NCBI GenBank assembly: GCA_964613815.1
Contig: CAZTKG010000002.1
Span: 118,299 to 182,298 of the forward strand
Reading direction: 5' to 3'
Length of the DNA stretch: 64,000 nucleotides
From: an uncultured Gammaproteobacteria bacterium
GTDB lineage: Bacteria; Patescibacteriota; Patescibacteriia; UBA9934
Shown: positions 43,382-53,281 of the stretch, in pieces
How positions within the stretch are numbered: position 1 is the stretch's first letter
How the letters are laid out: every line of letters begins with the position of its first letter
Made by a program: the position numbers and the translations under genes
The notes under the pieces: model-generated
The model's database searches: none
What the model saw: the letters and a program-made list of their open reading frames with translations, nothing else
Told to the model about the DNA's origin: nothing

Positions 43382-45418
43382 ATGGATAAGCGCGCTGCAG
43401 CGGAAAGAATTGAAAAGTTACGTGACGTGATAGAGCATCATCGGTATCTCTATCATGTTTTGGATACGCAGGAGATTAGTGATGCCGCGCTTGATAGTTT
43501 GAAGCATGAGCTGTTTGCGCTTGAGCAGGCATTTCCAGATTTGATTACGAATGATTCGCCGACGCAGCGAGTTGGTGGGGCGCCGCGTGAGATGTTTACG
43601 AAATATCGTCATGGGGAGCGGATGCTCAGTATGGAAGACGTTTTTTCTCGGGAGGAGTTCGAAGGTTGGGCTCGGCGAGCACGAAAAGCGGGGTGGAGTG
43701 GGGATGCGCGGTTTTTTTGTATGACAAAGATTGATGGGCTTGCGATTTCGCTTACGTACGAGGGTGGAAAGATGACTGTTGCGGCAACGCGAGGGGATGG
43801 ATTTGTTGGAGAGGAGGTGACGGAGAATGTGCGGACGATTGAGTCTGTGCCGCTTCGATTGCGACAGATTGAGGATGCGGATCGGGATCGGTTCGTGTCT
43901 GACTTTGGGTTATCTCCTTTGGTTATTGATCGGATTCGGGCGGGAAATTTTGTGGTGCGAGGGGAGGTTTTTATGCGGAAAGAAGATTTTGAAAATTTGA
44001 ATCGGCGACGAGAAAAGGATGGGGAGACATTGTTTGCGAATCCTCGTAATGTTTCTGCGGGGAGTATTCGGCAGCTTGATTCGAAGGTGACGGCTTCTCG
44101 GCCCCTTCGGTATCGGGCATGGCATTTGGATGATATTGGGCAGGGGACGCAGGGGGCGAGCATGGCGATTTTGGAGATGCTGGGATTTAACACAGCTCCT
44201 GGGGCGGTGGTTGATGGAGTGGAAGCGGCGGAGGCGTATTTTGAGCAGCTTGATCAGGATCGGGATGGGCTTGCGTATTGGATTGATGGACTTGTGGTGC
44301 GAGTGGATGATTTAGTGGCATATAAGGGACTTGGCGTTGTCGGGAAGACACCACGCGGGCTTGTTGCTTGGAAGTTTCCTGCTGAGGAGGTGACGACGCA
44401 GTTAGCGTCCGTTGACTGGCAGGTTGGTCGTACGGGGAAGTTGACGCCTGTTGCGACCGTAAAGGCTGCTGAGGTGGCAGGGACGACGGTGACGCATGCG
44501 ACGCTTCATAATGTGGATGAGATTCGGCGGCTTGGGGTGAAGATTGGGGATACGGTGATTTTGAAGAAGGCGGGGGATATTATTCCGAAGATTGTGAAGG
44601 TGCTTGAGGATTTGCGAACGGGGGAAGAGGTGGATGTTGAGATTCCTGATGCGTGTCCGGTTTGTGAGGGAGGGCTTGAGAGTCCTGAGGGTGCGGTTGA
44701 TTTGTTTTGTGAGAATGATGTGTGTTTTTCAAAAGAGAAAGAGCGGATTTTGCATGCGGCTCGGGCGTTTGATGTGGTTGGGCTTGGTGGAAAGACGGTG
44801 GAGCGGTTTTTGGAGATTGGGCTTATATCGAGTCCGGCGGATTTATTTCGGCTGACGTCAGGAGATATTCGAGATTTGGAGGGGTTTGGAGATACGTCGG
44901 CGGAGAAGCTTGTGGAGGAAATTGTAAAGAAGAAATCGATTGGGTTTGATAAGTATTTGCAGGCGCTTAGTATTTCGAATGTTGGTGAACAGACGGCTCG
45001 GGATTTGGCGAAGGCGTTTGAGGGGGTTGAGGGTTTGATGGAGGCAAGTAGGGATCGATTGATGACGATTGATGATGTCGGGCCTGTTGTGGCGGATTCT
45101 ATTTTGGCGTTTTTTGGGAGCGATCGAGGGCGGAGATTGGTTGCGGATTTTGCGGAGGTTGGGGTTGTGGTTGAGATGGATAGTGATAATCAAGGCGGGA
45201 TTTTTGATGGGAAGACGTTTGTGCTTACCGGGACGATGAGTGTGTCTCGTGAGGTGATTGCGGGGATGATTCGGGAGCGTGGGGGGAAGGTGAGTAGTTC
45301 GGTGAGTAAGAAGACAGATTATTTGGTAGCTGGCGAGAATGCGGGATCGAAGAAGGATAAGGCTGAGGTTGCAGGGGTTGAGATCTTGTCGGAAGCGGCA
45401 TTTCGAGATATGTTATAG
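43382..45418 (+). CDS. ligA: NAD-dependent DNA ligase
   Basis: KxDG adenylation motif (CMTKIDGLAIS), OB fold, Zn finger (CPVCEGGLESPEGAVDLFCEN), HhH and C-terminal BRCT. Confidence 0.9.
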   Translation: MDKRAAAERIEKLRDVIEHHRYLYHVLDTQEISDAALDSLKHELFALEQAFPDLITNDSPTQRVGGAPREMFTKYRHGERMLSMEDVFSREEFEGWARRARKAGWSGDARFFCMTKIDGLAISLTYEGGKMTVAATRGDGFVGEEVTENVRTIESVPLRLRQIEDADRDRFVSDFGLSPLVIDRIRAGNFVVRGEVFMRKEDFENLNRRREKDGETLFANPRNVSAGSIRQLDSKVTASRPLRYRAWHLDDIGQGTQGASMAILEMLGFNTAPGAVVDGVEAAEAYFEQLDQDRDGLAYWIDGLVVRVDDLVAYKGLGVVGKTPRGLVAWKFPAEEVTTQLASVDWQVGRTGKLTPVATVKAAEVAGTTVTHATLHNVDEIRRLGVKIGDTVILKKAGDIIPKIVKVLEDLRTGEEVDVEIPDACPVCEGGLESPEGAVDLFCENDVCFSKEKERILHAARAFDVVGLGGKTVERFLEIGLISSPADLFRLTSGDIRDLEGFGDTSAEKLVEEIVKKKSIGFDKYLQALSISNVGEQTARDLAKAFEGVEGLMEASRDRLMTIDDVGPVVADSILAFFGSDRGRRLVADFAEVGVVVEMDSDNQGGIFDGKTFVLTGTMSVSREVIAGMIRERGGKVSSSVSKKTDYLVAGENAGSKKDKAEVAGVEILSEAAFRDML

Positions 45419-45423
45419 CGCAT

Positions 45424-45711
45424 ATGGAATTTGATATTGAGAAAGTTGCGAAATTGGCTCTTATTGATCTTAGCGATGAGCAGAAAACGGCATTTGCAGA
45501 GCAATTTCCGCAGATTTTGGATTATATTAATCAACTTCAGGAGGTTGATACGAGCGGTGTGGAGGCGCGGCCTTATTTGAATGATTTGCATAATGTGTTT
45601 CGAGAAGATGAAGTTCAGGAGAGTTCTGACGTGTTGAAGGGGGCTTTGAAGGAGGCGTTTCCGAAAAAAGTTGGGGATGCGCTTAAGGTCCCTGGTGTTT
45701 TTAGCGAATAA
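45424..45711 (+). CDS. gatC: Asp-tRNA(Asn)/Glu-tRNA(Gln) amidotransferase subunit C
   Basis: 95 aa with the typical GatC pattern, immediately upstream of gatA. Confidence 0.8.
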   Translation: MEFDIEKVAKLALIDLSDEQKTAFAEQFPQILDYINQLQEVDTSGVEARPYLNDLHNVFREDEVQESSDVLKGALKEAFPKKVGDALKVPGVFSE

Positions 45712-45713
45712 GT

Positions 45714-47147
45714 ATGAAGACAGCTATTGAAATTCGAGATGCGATTCGGGATGGGGGGATGACGGCGGAAGATGCTGTGAAGGCATCGTTGAAAATTATT
45801 GAAGAGAAGAATGAAGGTTTGAATGCGTTTTTGGAGGTGTATGAAGATGAGGCGCTTGCGCGTGCTCGTGATTTGGATGCGCGGAAGGCGGCCGGGGAAG
45901 ATATTGGGCGACTTGGAGGTGTTCCTGTTGCCGTGAAGGATGTCATGCTTGTTAAGGGGCATATAGCGAGTGCGGGATCGAAAATTTTGGAAAATTACAT
46001 GGCGTCTTACACGGCGACGGCTGTGCAACGGTTGATAGATGAAGGGGCGATCGTGATTGGGCGGACGAATTGTGATGAATTTGCGATGGGGGCTTCGAAT
46101 GAAAATTCGGCATATGGGCCAGTGAAAAATCCTTACGATGAAACGCGGATTTCTGGTGGGTCGAGTGGAGGATCGGCGGCGGCTGTTGCGAGTGGGATGG
46201 TGTCGATTGCGCTTGGGAGTGATACTGGGGGGTCTATTCGGCAGCCGGCGGGGTTTTGTAATCTCGTGGGGTTGAAGCCTTCGTATGGGCGCGTGAGTCG
46301 ATATGGGTTGATGGCGCTCACGTCTAGTTTTGATCAGATTGGGCCGTTTGCGCATACGGTTGCGGATGCGGCGCTTGTTTTGGAGATCATGGAAGGAGTT
46401 GATGCGCATGATGCGACGAGTCGGGAGATTGGTGAGACGTCTGTTGCGGAGCTTTTGGATACCTCGTTTGATGGGATGACGTTTGGGGTGCCGAAGCAGT
46501 GTTTTATTGAGGGGATTGATGAAAAGACGTTGAAACTTGTGAAGGATGCGATTGTGCTCGTGGAGTCGAAAGGGGGGACGATTAAAGAGGTTGACTTGCC
46601 GCTTAGTGCAAAGGGGGTTGCAACGTATTATATTTTGCTTCCTGCGGAGGCGAGTTCGAATTTGGCTCGATTTGATGGGATTCGGTATGGGGATCGGTCG
46701 GAAGAAGAGGATGCGATTGCGAATTATTTACGAACGCGCGGGGATGGATTTGGTGATGAGGTGAAGCGGCGGGTGATTTTGGGGACGTATATTTTGAGCG
46801 CAGGGTATTATGATGCGTACTATAAAAAAGCTTTAGCTGTGCGAAAGGCGATGCATGATGAGTACGCTGAGGTGTTTAAGGAGGTTGATGTTTTGATCAC
46901 GCCGACGAGTCCTTCACCTGCTTGGAAGCTTGGGGAGAAGGTTGATGACCCGCTTTTCAACTACTTGGCTGATATATTTACGTGTTCTGCGAATATTGCG
47001 GGGATTTGTGGGGTATCTGTTCCGTGTGGGTTTAGTGATGGATTGCCGGTTGGTGTGCAGTTTTTGGCAGGTGCTTTTGAGGAGGCGAAGTTGCTTCGGG
47101 CGGCAGCGGCTTATGAAGAGGCTCGTGGAGATTTGGAGGTATCATGA
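45714..47147 (+). CDS. gatA: Glutamyl-tRNA(Gln) amidotransferase subunit A
   Basis: Amidase signature [12 protein letters not shown] and the Ser-cisSer-Lys catalytic region. Confidence 0.9.
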   Translation: MKTAIEIRDAIRDGGMTAEDAVKASLKIIEEKNEGLNAFLEVYEDEALARARDLDARKAAGEDIGRLGGVPVAVKDVMLVKGHIASAGSKILENYMASYTATAVQRLIDEGAIVIGRTNCDEFAMGASNENSAYGPVKNPYDETRISGGSSGGSAAAVASGMVSIALGSDTGGSIRQPAGFCNLVGLKPSYGRVSRYGLMALTSSFDQIGPFAHTVADAALVLEIMEGVDAHDATSREIGETSVAELLDTSFDGMTFGVPKQCFIEGIDEKTLKLVKDAIVLVESKGGTIKEVDLPLSAKGVATYYILLPAEASSNLARFDGIRYGDRSEEEDAIANYLRTRGDGFGDEVKRRVILGTYILSAGYYDAYYKKALAVRKAMHDEYAEVFKEVDVLITPTSPSPAWKLGEKVDDPLFNYLADIFTCSANIAGICGVSVPCGFSDGLPVGVQFLAGAFEEAKLLRAAAAYEEARGDLEVS

Positions 47148-47887
47148 TTCCATACGCTGAAATACATTCCGTGGCAATTGGCCCTTTGACGATTTATGTT
47201 TGGGGGTTTTTTGTTGCGCTTGGATGTTTGGTTGGGCTTTGGGTTGCGCGAGGGTTGGCGCGGAAGCGAGGGTTGAATTTGGATGTTTTGACGAGTGCGT
47301 TTTCTTGGGCGCTTGTTGGGGCGCTTGTTGGGGCTCGGGTTGGGTATTTTTTGTTTTATGATTTTTGGACGTTTTGGGAAGAGCCTTTGGTGTTTTTTGC
47401 GTTGAATGGGGGAGGGTATTCGGTGATCGGGGGGTTTATTGGTGCGGTGGTTTTGGGGGTTTGGTGTTTGAAGAAGTATCAGGTAGATGTTTTGAAGTAT
47501 GCGGATGTGATGATTTTTGGATTGCCAATAGGGCTTGGTATTGGTCGGATCGGGTGTTTTTTTATTCATGATCATCCTGGGACGGTCACAGATTTTTGGT
47601 TGGGGGCTGAATATGTGGATGGCATTGCGCGGCATGATCTTGGGCTCTACTTATCGTTGAATGGTTTTTTGCTAGCCTTGGTCTTTTGGTGGTTGTCTCG
47701 GCGGGATGTTTGGGTTGGGCTTTATGTTGTTTTGTTTTTGGGATGGTATGGGGTTACACGTTTCGGGTTGGACTTTCTTCGGATTGGTGATGTAAAATAC
47801 TGGTCACTTACGCCAGCTCAGTATGCATCGGTTGTGATGGTTGCGGCGGCGGCGTTCTTGATTTATCGATTTAAGCATAAAACGTAA
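47144..47887 (+). CDS. lgt: Prolipoprotein diacylglyceryl transferase
   Basis: Lgt signature GGFIGAVV...GRIGCFFIHDH, multi-TM. Its ATGA overlaps gatA. Confidence 0.8.
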   Translation: MIPYAEIHSVAIGPLTIYVWGFFVALGCLVGLWVARGLARKRGLNLDVLTSAFSWALVGALVGARVGYFLFYDFWTFWEEPLVFFALNGGGYSVIGGFIGAVVLGVWCLKKYQVDVLKYADVMIFGLPIGLGIGRIGCFFIHDHPGTVTDFWLGAEYVDGIARHDLGLYLSLNGFLLALVFWWLSRRDVWVGLYVVLFLGWYGVTRFGLDFLRIGDVKYWSLTPAQYASVVMVAAAAFLIYRFKHKT

Positions 47888-47895
47888 CCTCATTT

Positions 47896-48606
47896 ATGGA
47901 GCAAAGAAAAGGGTTTTTTGATGGGAGTCCGCTCATGATTTTTATTTTTGGATTGGTAACAGGGGTCGCGCTGATGGCGATTTTTGGTGGGGGGATGAGT
48001 TTTGGAGGAGGGGGAGATAAAGTTGTGCGGACGTTTGATACGGGTGATGAAGGGGATGCTGGTTCTGAAGGTGGGTCTGCTGGCACGACGCTTGCTCCGG
48101 TTGAGGCTGGAGAGCATATTCTTGGGGATATTGAGAACGCGGAGGTGGTGATTGTGGAGTATTCTGATTTTGAATGTCCGTTTTGCACGCGGCATCATCC
48201 GACGATTGAGCAGTTGATGGAGGAATATGATGGGCAGATCGCTTGGGTGTATCGGCATTTTCCGCTTTCGTTCCATGCAAATGCGACGCCGGCGGCCGTT
48301 GCGAGTGAATGCGCAGCGGATCAAGGGTTATTTTGGGAATATTCAAAAGCATTGTTTGAGCGGCCTGGTGATTTGAATGAGGAGCTGTATCTATCCATCG
48401 CGGGGGATTTGGGGATTGGTGGAGATCAGTTTGAGAATTGTTTGGCGGCGAATGATTATGAAGCGGATGTGAATGAAGATATGGCAAGTGGAGCTGCGGC
48501 TGGTGTTGGTGGGACTCCTGCGACGTTTGTGAATGGGGAACTTGTGAGCGGGGCTGTGCCGTACGCGACGCTCGATGCGATGGTGCAGGCGATTTTGGGG
48601 AGTTAG
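47896..48606 (+). CDS. DsbA-like thiol:disulfide oxidoreductase, membrane-anchored
   Basis: TM anchor, then a thioredoxin fold with a CPFC active site and the DsbA-type TP..FVNG cis-Pro region. Confidence 0.7.
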   Translation: MEQRKGFFDGSPLMIFIFGLVTGVALMAIFGGGMSFGGGGDKVVRTFDTGDEGDAGSEGGSAGTTLAPVEAGEHILGDIENAEVVIVEYSDFECPFCTRHHPTIEQLMEEYDGQIAWVYRHFPLSFHANATPAAVASECAADQGLFWEYSKALFERPGDLNEELYLSIAGDLGIGGDQFENCLAANDYEADVNEDMASGAAAGVGGTPATFVNGELVSGAVPYATLDAMVQAILGS

Positions 48607-48624
48607 TTCTTAAGAGTGATTTTA

Positions 48625-48668
48625 GCTTGATACAAAAGTGGTCCGTACGGACCACTTTTGTATCAAGC
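48625..48668. repeat. 44-bp perfect palindrome GCTTGATACAAAAGTGGTCCGTAC|GTACGGACCACTTTTGTATCAAGC
   Basis: Exact self-complementarity. It shares the 16-bp core TGGTCCGTACGGACCA with the palindrome at 48767. Confidence 0.8.
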
Positions 48669-48766
48669 AAGTGAGTTGGTCTGGTCGATGATTCGTCCAT
48701 TTTTTGTTTACATGGTTTTATTTGTTTTCTTCTTGATGAAAAAGATGAACATGTATAGCGCGTTTT

Positions 48767-48810
48767 GCCTGTATTAATAATGGTCCGTACGGACCATTAT
48801 TAATACAGGC
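48767..48810. repeat. 44-bp perfect palindrome GCCTGTATTAATAATGGTCCGTAC|GTACGGACCATTATTAATACAGGC
   Basis: Exact self-complementarity. It has the same core as 48625 but different arms. Confidence 0.8.
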
Positions 48811-48862
48811 AGAGCTGTTTGATTTTATGGGGAGAGTTGAGTCGGATGAGGGAAGGGGATAG

Positions 48863-49324
48863 TTATCCGAATATTCCTCCGAATTGGGTGTTTTCTTGTT
48901 TTGGTTGCGGGGGGGATTTTGAAGTTTGAATGGATTTTTCGGCTGTGTCTTCCCGCTTTGTTTTTTGAGCTACGGGGCGCGGGCTGGATGAGGGATTGGG
49001 GGTGTTTGATGGTTTTTTTCCGCTTGTCGCTTGGACCCATCTATCGATTCTGGCCATTTCTTTTTCTACGGTTGGGCCGTCGTATTCTCCGCCGTGCATG
49101 TTTGATCCTCCGTAGCTTGGTTTTTTTTGGTCGAGGTGAAGATCAAAAACAACAGATGTTTCGGTTTGTTTAAGGTAGAGGTGAAAACGTGGGTAGAAGC
49201 CGGCGGTGGGTTTGAGGATGTAGCTGGATTTTTTGGTGTTTGGGTCGATGAAGTGGGAGTATCCTGATTGGCGGAGGACTTGGAGGGGTTGGGGGACTTC
49301 ATCGCGCGTGTACGTAATTTTCAT
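48863..49324 (-). CDS. Hypothetical protein (153 aa)
   Basis: Clean ORF with a C-terminal low-complexity S/P/K-rich tail. Confidence 0.4.
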   Translation of the reverse strand: MKITYTRDEVPQPLQVLRQSGYSHFIDPNTKKSSYILKPTAGFYPRFHLYLKQTETSVVFDLHLDQKKPSYGGSNMHGGEYDGPTVEKEMARIDRWVQATSGKKPSNTPNPSSSPRPVAQKTKREDTAEKSIQTSKSPPQPKQENTQFGGIFG

Positions 49325-49341
49325 ATTGATTTTAGGATAGT

Positions 49342-49974
49342 CTAAATTGCTTCGACGCGGAAGTTTGGGGCTTCGTGGATTTCTTTCATTCTGTCTGGGA
49401 AGGTGGCCTTGATGATGTTGATGCAGTTTGTGGCGATGATGGTAGGGAGGGGTTCTGCGTCGATGATGTGGTCGGCGTGATGCTTGCTCGGCCAGATGTA
49501 TTGTTTAGCTGCAGGGATCATGACGTGGTTGAGATAGCCGTCTTCGACCCAGGGTTGGCGGATGCGGCGGCGGGTGATGTGGGAGGCTTCTGAGAGGTCG
49601 AGGAAGATGCTGAGGTCGAGATGGGTTCTGAGGCGAGGTTCTGCGAGGGTCATGAAGCCGTCGATGAGGATGATGGGGGCTGGGAAGACGCATTTGGAGC
49701 CGATGCGGGCGTCGACTTTTCGGTCGTAGTTGGGGACCATGGCGTAGTGGCCGTTTTTGAGGTCTTCGACGGCTTTGAGTAATAAGTCCCAGTGGATGGA
49801 GGTGGGGTGGTCCCAGTTTTTGAAGCCGTTAATGTGGCCGACTTCGGGGTGGTCTTTGAAGAAATCGTCGAATTTGAGGCGGGAGATGTTTTGGAACGAG
49901 GATTGAATGGAGCGGCAGAGAACGGATTTGCCTGCGCCAGAGGGGCCTGCGATGCCGATGAGGTAGGGTTTCAT
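49342..49974 (-). CDS. Uridine kinase / phosphoribulokinase-family P-loop kinase
   Basis: P-loop IGIAGPSGAGKS at the N-terminus, and PRK/Udk-like size and spacing. Confidence 0.65.
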   Translation of the reverse strand: MKPYLIGIAGPSGAGKSVLCRSIQSSFQNISRLKFDDFFKDHPEVGHINGFKNWDHPTSIHWDLLLKAVEDLKNGHYAMVPNYDRKVDARIGSKCVFPAPIILIDGFMTLAEPRLRTHLDLSIFLDLSEASHITRRRIRQPWVEDGYLNHVMIPAAKQYIWPSKHHADHIIDAEPLPTIIATNCINIIKATFPDRMKEIHEAPNFRVEAI

Positions 49975-50065
49975 AGAGGGGTTGTCCACAATGAGGGATC
50001 TGATGATGTGATTTTATCACAGCCTCAAGATGATGTGGGTTCGGTGTTTGATATACTTTATATAT

Positions 50066-50254
50066 ATGAAAAAGAAAAAGGTTGAGGATACATTTGGTTA
50101 TAAGGGGTGGATGAATTCGGATAATATTTGGAAGCGGATGTTTGGGGTGTTTGGGTATTATACGCTTGCGAATATTGTGATTACGCTTGGGATGCTTTTG
50201 GTGTTTGGAGTGTTTGTGTTTTTAGGGTTTTTGGTGACTTGGTTGGTTCGGTAG
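50066..50254 (+). CDS. Small membrane protein (62 aa)
   Basis: Lys-rich N-terminus then two TM helices. Followed by a bidirectional terminator. Confidence 0.3.
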   Translation: MKKKKVEDTFGYKGWMNSDNIWKRMFGVFGYYTLANIVITLGMLLVFGVFVFLGFLVTWLVR

Positions 50255-50270
50255 ATTTGATTTTTATTTG

Positions 50271-50297
50271 GTTTCAAAAAAGAGCTTCAAAGCTCTT
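50271..50297. terminator. Bidirectional terminator AAAAAAGAGCTTCAAAGCTCTTTTTTG
   Basis: Perfect hairpin flanked by A- and T-runs. It marks the left edge of the AT-rich island. Confidence 0.75.
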
Positions 50298-50602
50298 TTT
50301 TGTGCTGCCGAGATCAGCTATGTGCCGGGAGGGTCGAGTTGAGCTCGATTGCCTCGCTCAGCAGTTTTCGGTTGGAAGATCTGCGAAGCTCAGCTTCGCT
50401 AGACACCGATCTTCAAACCGAGCTGAGCTCGGTGGCGGACCGGACGGGTTGAGTAACAAGGTTTGGGAGGTTTTGTAAGGGCTTTTGGGATATTATTTCT
50501 AGACGAATTTCAGGCACTCGGGTCGGGGTCTTTTTTGGGAACTTGAGACAAAATGAGACAGTAGTTAAAAAAATGGGGGGCTAAATCATAAAATCACGGC
50601 TT

Positions 50603-51109
50603 ATGAAAATTCCCAAAGACCTAGTTCAAGAACTTAAGGATATTCATCAAGAAAAGACAGGTAAAACGTTGAGTAATGAAGACGCGCTTGAGGGAGCAAA
50701 CAACTTAACCAATTTCGCCAAGCTTCTACTGGACTGTGCTGAGCGCGATCGTAAACGTAAACTGCAGCTCAAAGAGTCGCCAAAGGGTTTCCATCTTCCC
50801 GAAGGAGAACGTTACAATTGTTTCATTTGCCACAATGTAGTTTCAGGAGAATCAAGTTGGTACAGCAAGCACGGGATCACGTGTCTTATTTGCAAGGAAG
50901 CTTTGAGGAAGCGAGTCATTCCAGTGAGTGTCATGCGCAATCGTGATAGCTGGTTAGCGATGTGGGAAGTGAAGAAGCTTCTTGTACTACACCACTCCAC
51001 CATACTAAAAATGATCCGCACTGGTAAACTAAAGGCGCGGATCATTAAAAATGGAGAGCGTGATTACTTTTGGGTGTTTTTGAAGAAAGAGAATCGTCTA
51101 CTCACCTAA
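50603..51109 (+). CDS. Zn-ribbon (CxxC...CxxC) protein with C-terminal HTH-like segment (possible excisionase/MerR-like regulator)
   Basis: CFICHN...CLICKE zinc ribbon. [17 protein letters not shown] resembles a MerR/Xis-type HTH. The gene is AT-rich. Confidence 0.4.
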   Translation: MKIPKDLVQELKDIHQEKTGKTLSNEDALEGANNLTNFAKLLLDCAERDRKRKLQLKESPKGFHLPEGERYNCFICHNVVSGESSWYSKHGITCLICKEALRKRVIPVSVMRNRDSWLAMWEVKKLLVLHHSTILKMIRTGKLKARIIKNGERDYFWVFLKKENRLLT

Positions 51110-52306
51110 GTCGGCGTCACCATCTGAAAGTTCTTCAAACTTAGCTGTCATTGTAGGATTGCCTCGTGTCAATTTTTTAATCGTCAGATCTTCCGCCTTA
51201 TTATTGGCGAGACGCAGGTTGTTTTCAGAAGACAGGAGGGCCGCCTTAGTCTTTTGAAGATGATTGATTGTTTTATCGATTTCATCAATGGCAGTTTTGA
51301 ATCTACGACTCGCAAGATCGTAGTTTTTTGCGAACCCTTCCTTAAAGACGTTTATCCGATCTTCAAAATTTGTAATGTCCACATTTTGGCTTCGCATCAA
51401 AGCAAGTTCTGCTTTGTATTCGAGAGAGTTCATTGCGGCGTTGCGGAGCAGTGTAATCATCGGAATAAAGAATTGCGGACGAACTACGTACATCTTAGGG
51501 TATTTATGAGACACGTCGACAATACCTGTGTTATACAGTTCATTTTCGGTCTCCAAGAGCGTTACCAGAACAGCATATTCACAATTTTTCTCTGTGCGGT
51601 CTTTATCAAGCTCACGTAAAAAGTCTTCGTTCTTTTTCTTTGTGGCAGTTTCATCGCCTTCATTTTTCATTTCGAACATGATAGAAGTAATTTCATTCCC
51701 AGCTTCGTCGGTTTCCCGATAAATGTAATCGCCCTTACTTCCGGTTTTGGAATCATTATCCTTTTCAAAATATGCATTTTGAAAAGCAGTTGCACGGAGT
51801 TTGTTGAACTCAGTTTCACAATGCTGTTCCAGGGTCTCCCCAAGCATTTTGGTGCTGAGTTTTAATTTCATGTCCTTGTAACGCTCAATCATTTCATCCT
51901 TTGACTTTAATTCATTTTCATACTTTTCCTTCATAGAAACTTCGCGCAGCTCCATTTCATGCTCCTTGCTTTGCAACTTATTCTTGAGATGGTCTCGTTC
52001 TTTTTCGATGGAATTAACTGCCTCTGTTACGGCGAGTTTTTTCTCAAGAGCCTCACTCTCCATTTTTGACTTGAGAGAAGCTATCTCGGAGTCTTTTTTT
52101 ACAAGGTCTTCCTGCATTGAATTCTTTAGATTGGCCTCAGCGAGTTTCACGGCATCTTCTTGCTGTCTCTCGGCTAAAGATAGGCGATCATGCAGTTCTT
52201 TTTCAAACTGATCGTCACGAACTTGTTTGAGAATATCCGCGAACCCAGCTTCATCTACTTTGAAAGTCTTTTTACAGTGCGGGCAATTGATGGTTTGGTC
52301 GGTCAT
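51098..52306 (-). CDS. DUF2130-like protein: N-terminal Zn-ribbon (CPHC), long coiled coil, C-terminal globular domain
   Basis: [19 protein letters not shown]... then a ~200-aa coiled coil and a C-terminal KGDYIYRE...[12 protein letters not shown] segment, consistent with the DUF2130 architecture. Confidence 0.5.
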   Translation of the reverse strand: MTDQTINCPHCKKTFKVDEAGFADILKQVRDDQFEKELHDRLSLAERQQEDAVKLAEANLKNSMQEDLVKKDSEIASLKSKMESEALEKKLAVTEAVNSIEKERDHLKNKLQSKEHEMELREVSMKEKYENELKSKDEMIERYKDMKLKLSTKMLGETLEQHCETEFNKLRATAFQNAYFEKDNDSKTGSKGDYIYRETDEAGNEITSIMFEMKNEGDETATKKKNEDFLRELDKDRTEKNCEYAVLVTLLETENELYNTGIVDVSHKYPKMYVVRPQFFIPMITLLRNAAMNSLEYKAELALMRSQNVDITNFEDRINVFKEGFAKNYDLASRRFKTAIDEIDKTINHLQKTKAALLSSENNLRLANNKAEDLTIKKLTRGNPTMTAKFEELSDGDADLGE

Positions 52307-52399
52307 ACAGGGTTTGGTTTATTGGTTAGAAACTTGACGCATCTCTTGTTTATGGTAATATCACGTTCAGATATAAGTGTCAAACTCTGAATAAGAAAT

Positions 52400-53281
52400 A
52401 TGCAATCAATACCCTCTCAGGATCAAGCTTTGCTCAATCTGGGCAAAATCAACGGCTGGATTGACTCCTCACCTGTCGCAACCGTCATGCGCCATTCTAT
52501 GGCAAATTTAGCATTTGAGCTTACAAAAGCAGATCTTCAAGTAGAAATCGACATTGGTAACCTGCTTTCAATCTCTGATTCTCCAATTACATCAAAACGA
52601 TTCAAGAAAGTCTTTCTCGATCCTCTTGTGGGAAATGATTATGCTGTGGTCTTACAAAAAGTCCATCAACAAATATTCGCACAGAGTGAAGGGTATCAAT
52701 TTCAACCAGGGCAATTGCGATCGGAGAATACCCCTGGACAAATACAGGGCATTATTAACAAAATTGATGAGAGCAGTGATTCTCCATTCGCAAAGGCCCT
52801 AGATCTTCATAAGAATTTTCTAGACCTAAAACCATTTAATAACGGAAATGAAATCATTGCAGCTCTGCTACCAAATATATACCTAACTCATCGAGGTGTA
52901 ATGCTTGCGCCCATACTAAGCTTTCATAATTTCCCTGCACAAGGCGATGATGCAGATGAGTGGTTTCAAGACCAAACAAATCTTATCATCACTCTCTTGC
53001 ACGAAATTCGAGATTTGGAGCAAGAATACAAAAGTCGAACTAATGGATTTGCAACACAGCGTAAAAAACTTTTCTCAGGACTTTTGCCTTTTATGATGAA
53101 ACGTCCGAAGTTTACGATTCAAGAATTACTGGATGAATATGGACAAAGTACATATCAAACCATTAATGAACTATTCAAAGATCTGGTAAAGCTCAATGTG
53201 CTAAAGGAGCTTACGGGAAATGCGCGGTTCAGAGTCTTTCACCTTCACGAATATTCAAATCTTTTCAAAACAATCGTATGA
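52400..53281 (+). CDS. Fic/DOC-family-like protein with degenerate active-site motif (KPFNNGNE in place of HPFx[DE]GNGR)
   Basis: Fido-like length and helical pattern, with the motif-like segment LDLKPFNNGNEIIAALL. It sits just upstream of hsdM, a position frequently occupied by Fic genes in Type I R-M loci. Confidence 0.45.
   Translation: MQSIPSQDQALLNLGKINGWIDSSPVATVMRHSMANLAFELTKADLQVEIDIGNLLSISDSPITSKRFKKVFLDPLVGNDYAVVLQKVHQQIFAQSEGYQFQPGQLRSENTPGQIQGIINKIDESSDSPFAKALDLHKNFLDLKPFNNGNEIIAALLPNIYLTHRGVMLAPILSFHNFPAQGDDADEWFQDQTNLIITLLHEIRDLEQEYKSRTNGFATQRKKLFSGLLPFMMKRPKFTIQELLDEYGQSTYQTINELFKDLVKLNVLKELTGNARFRVFHLHEYSNLFKTIV

Noticed and set aside
50330-50450. tRNA or att site at the left border of the R-M island
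   Set aside because: The palindrome-rich sequence (GAGCTCG..., GCGAAGCTCAGCTTCGC) does not fold as a tRNA. No direct-repeat partner could be found within the window, since the island runs off the end.
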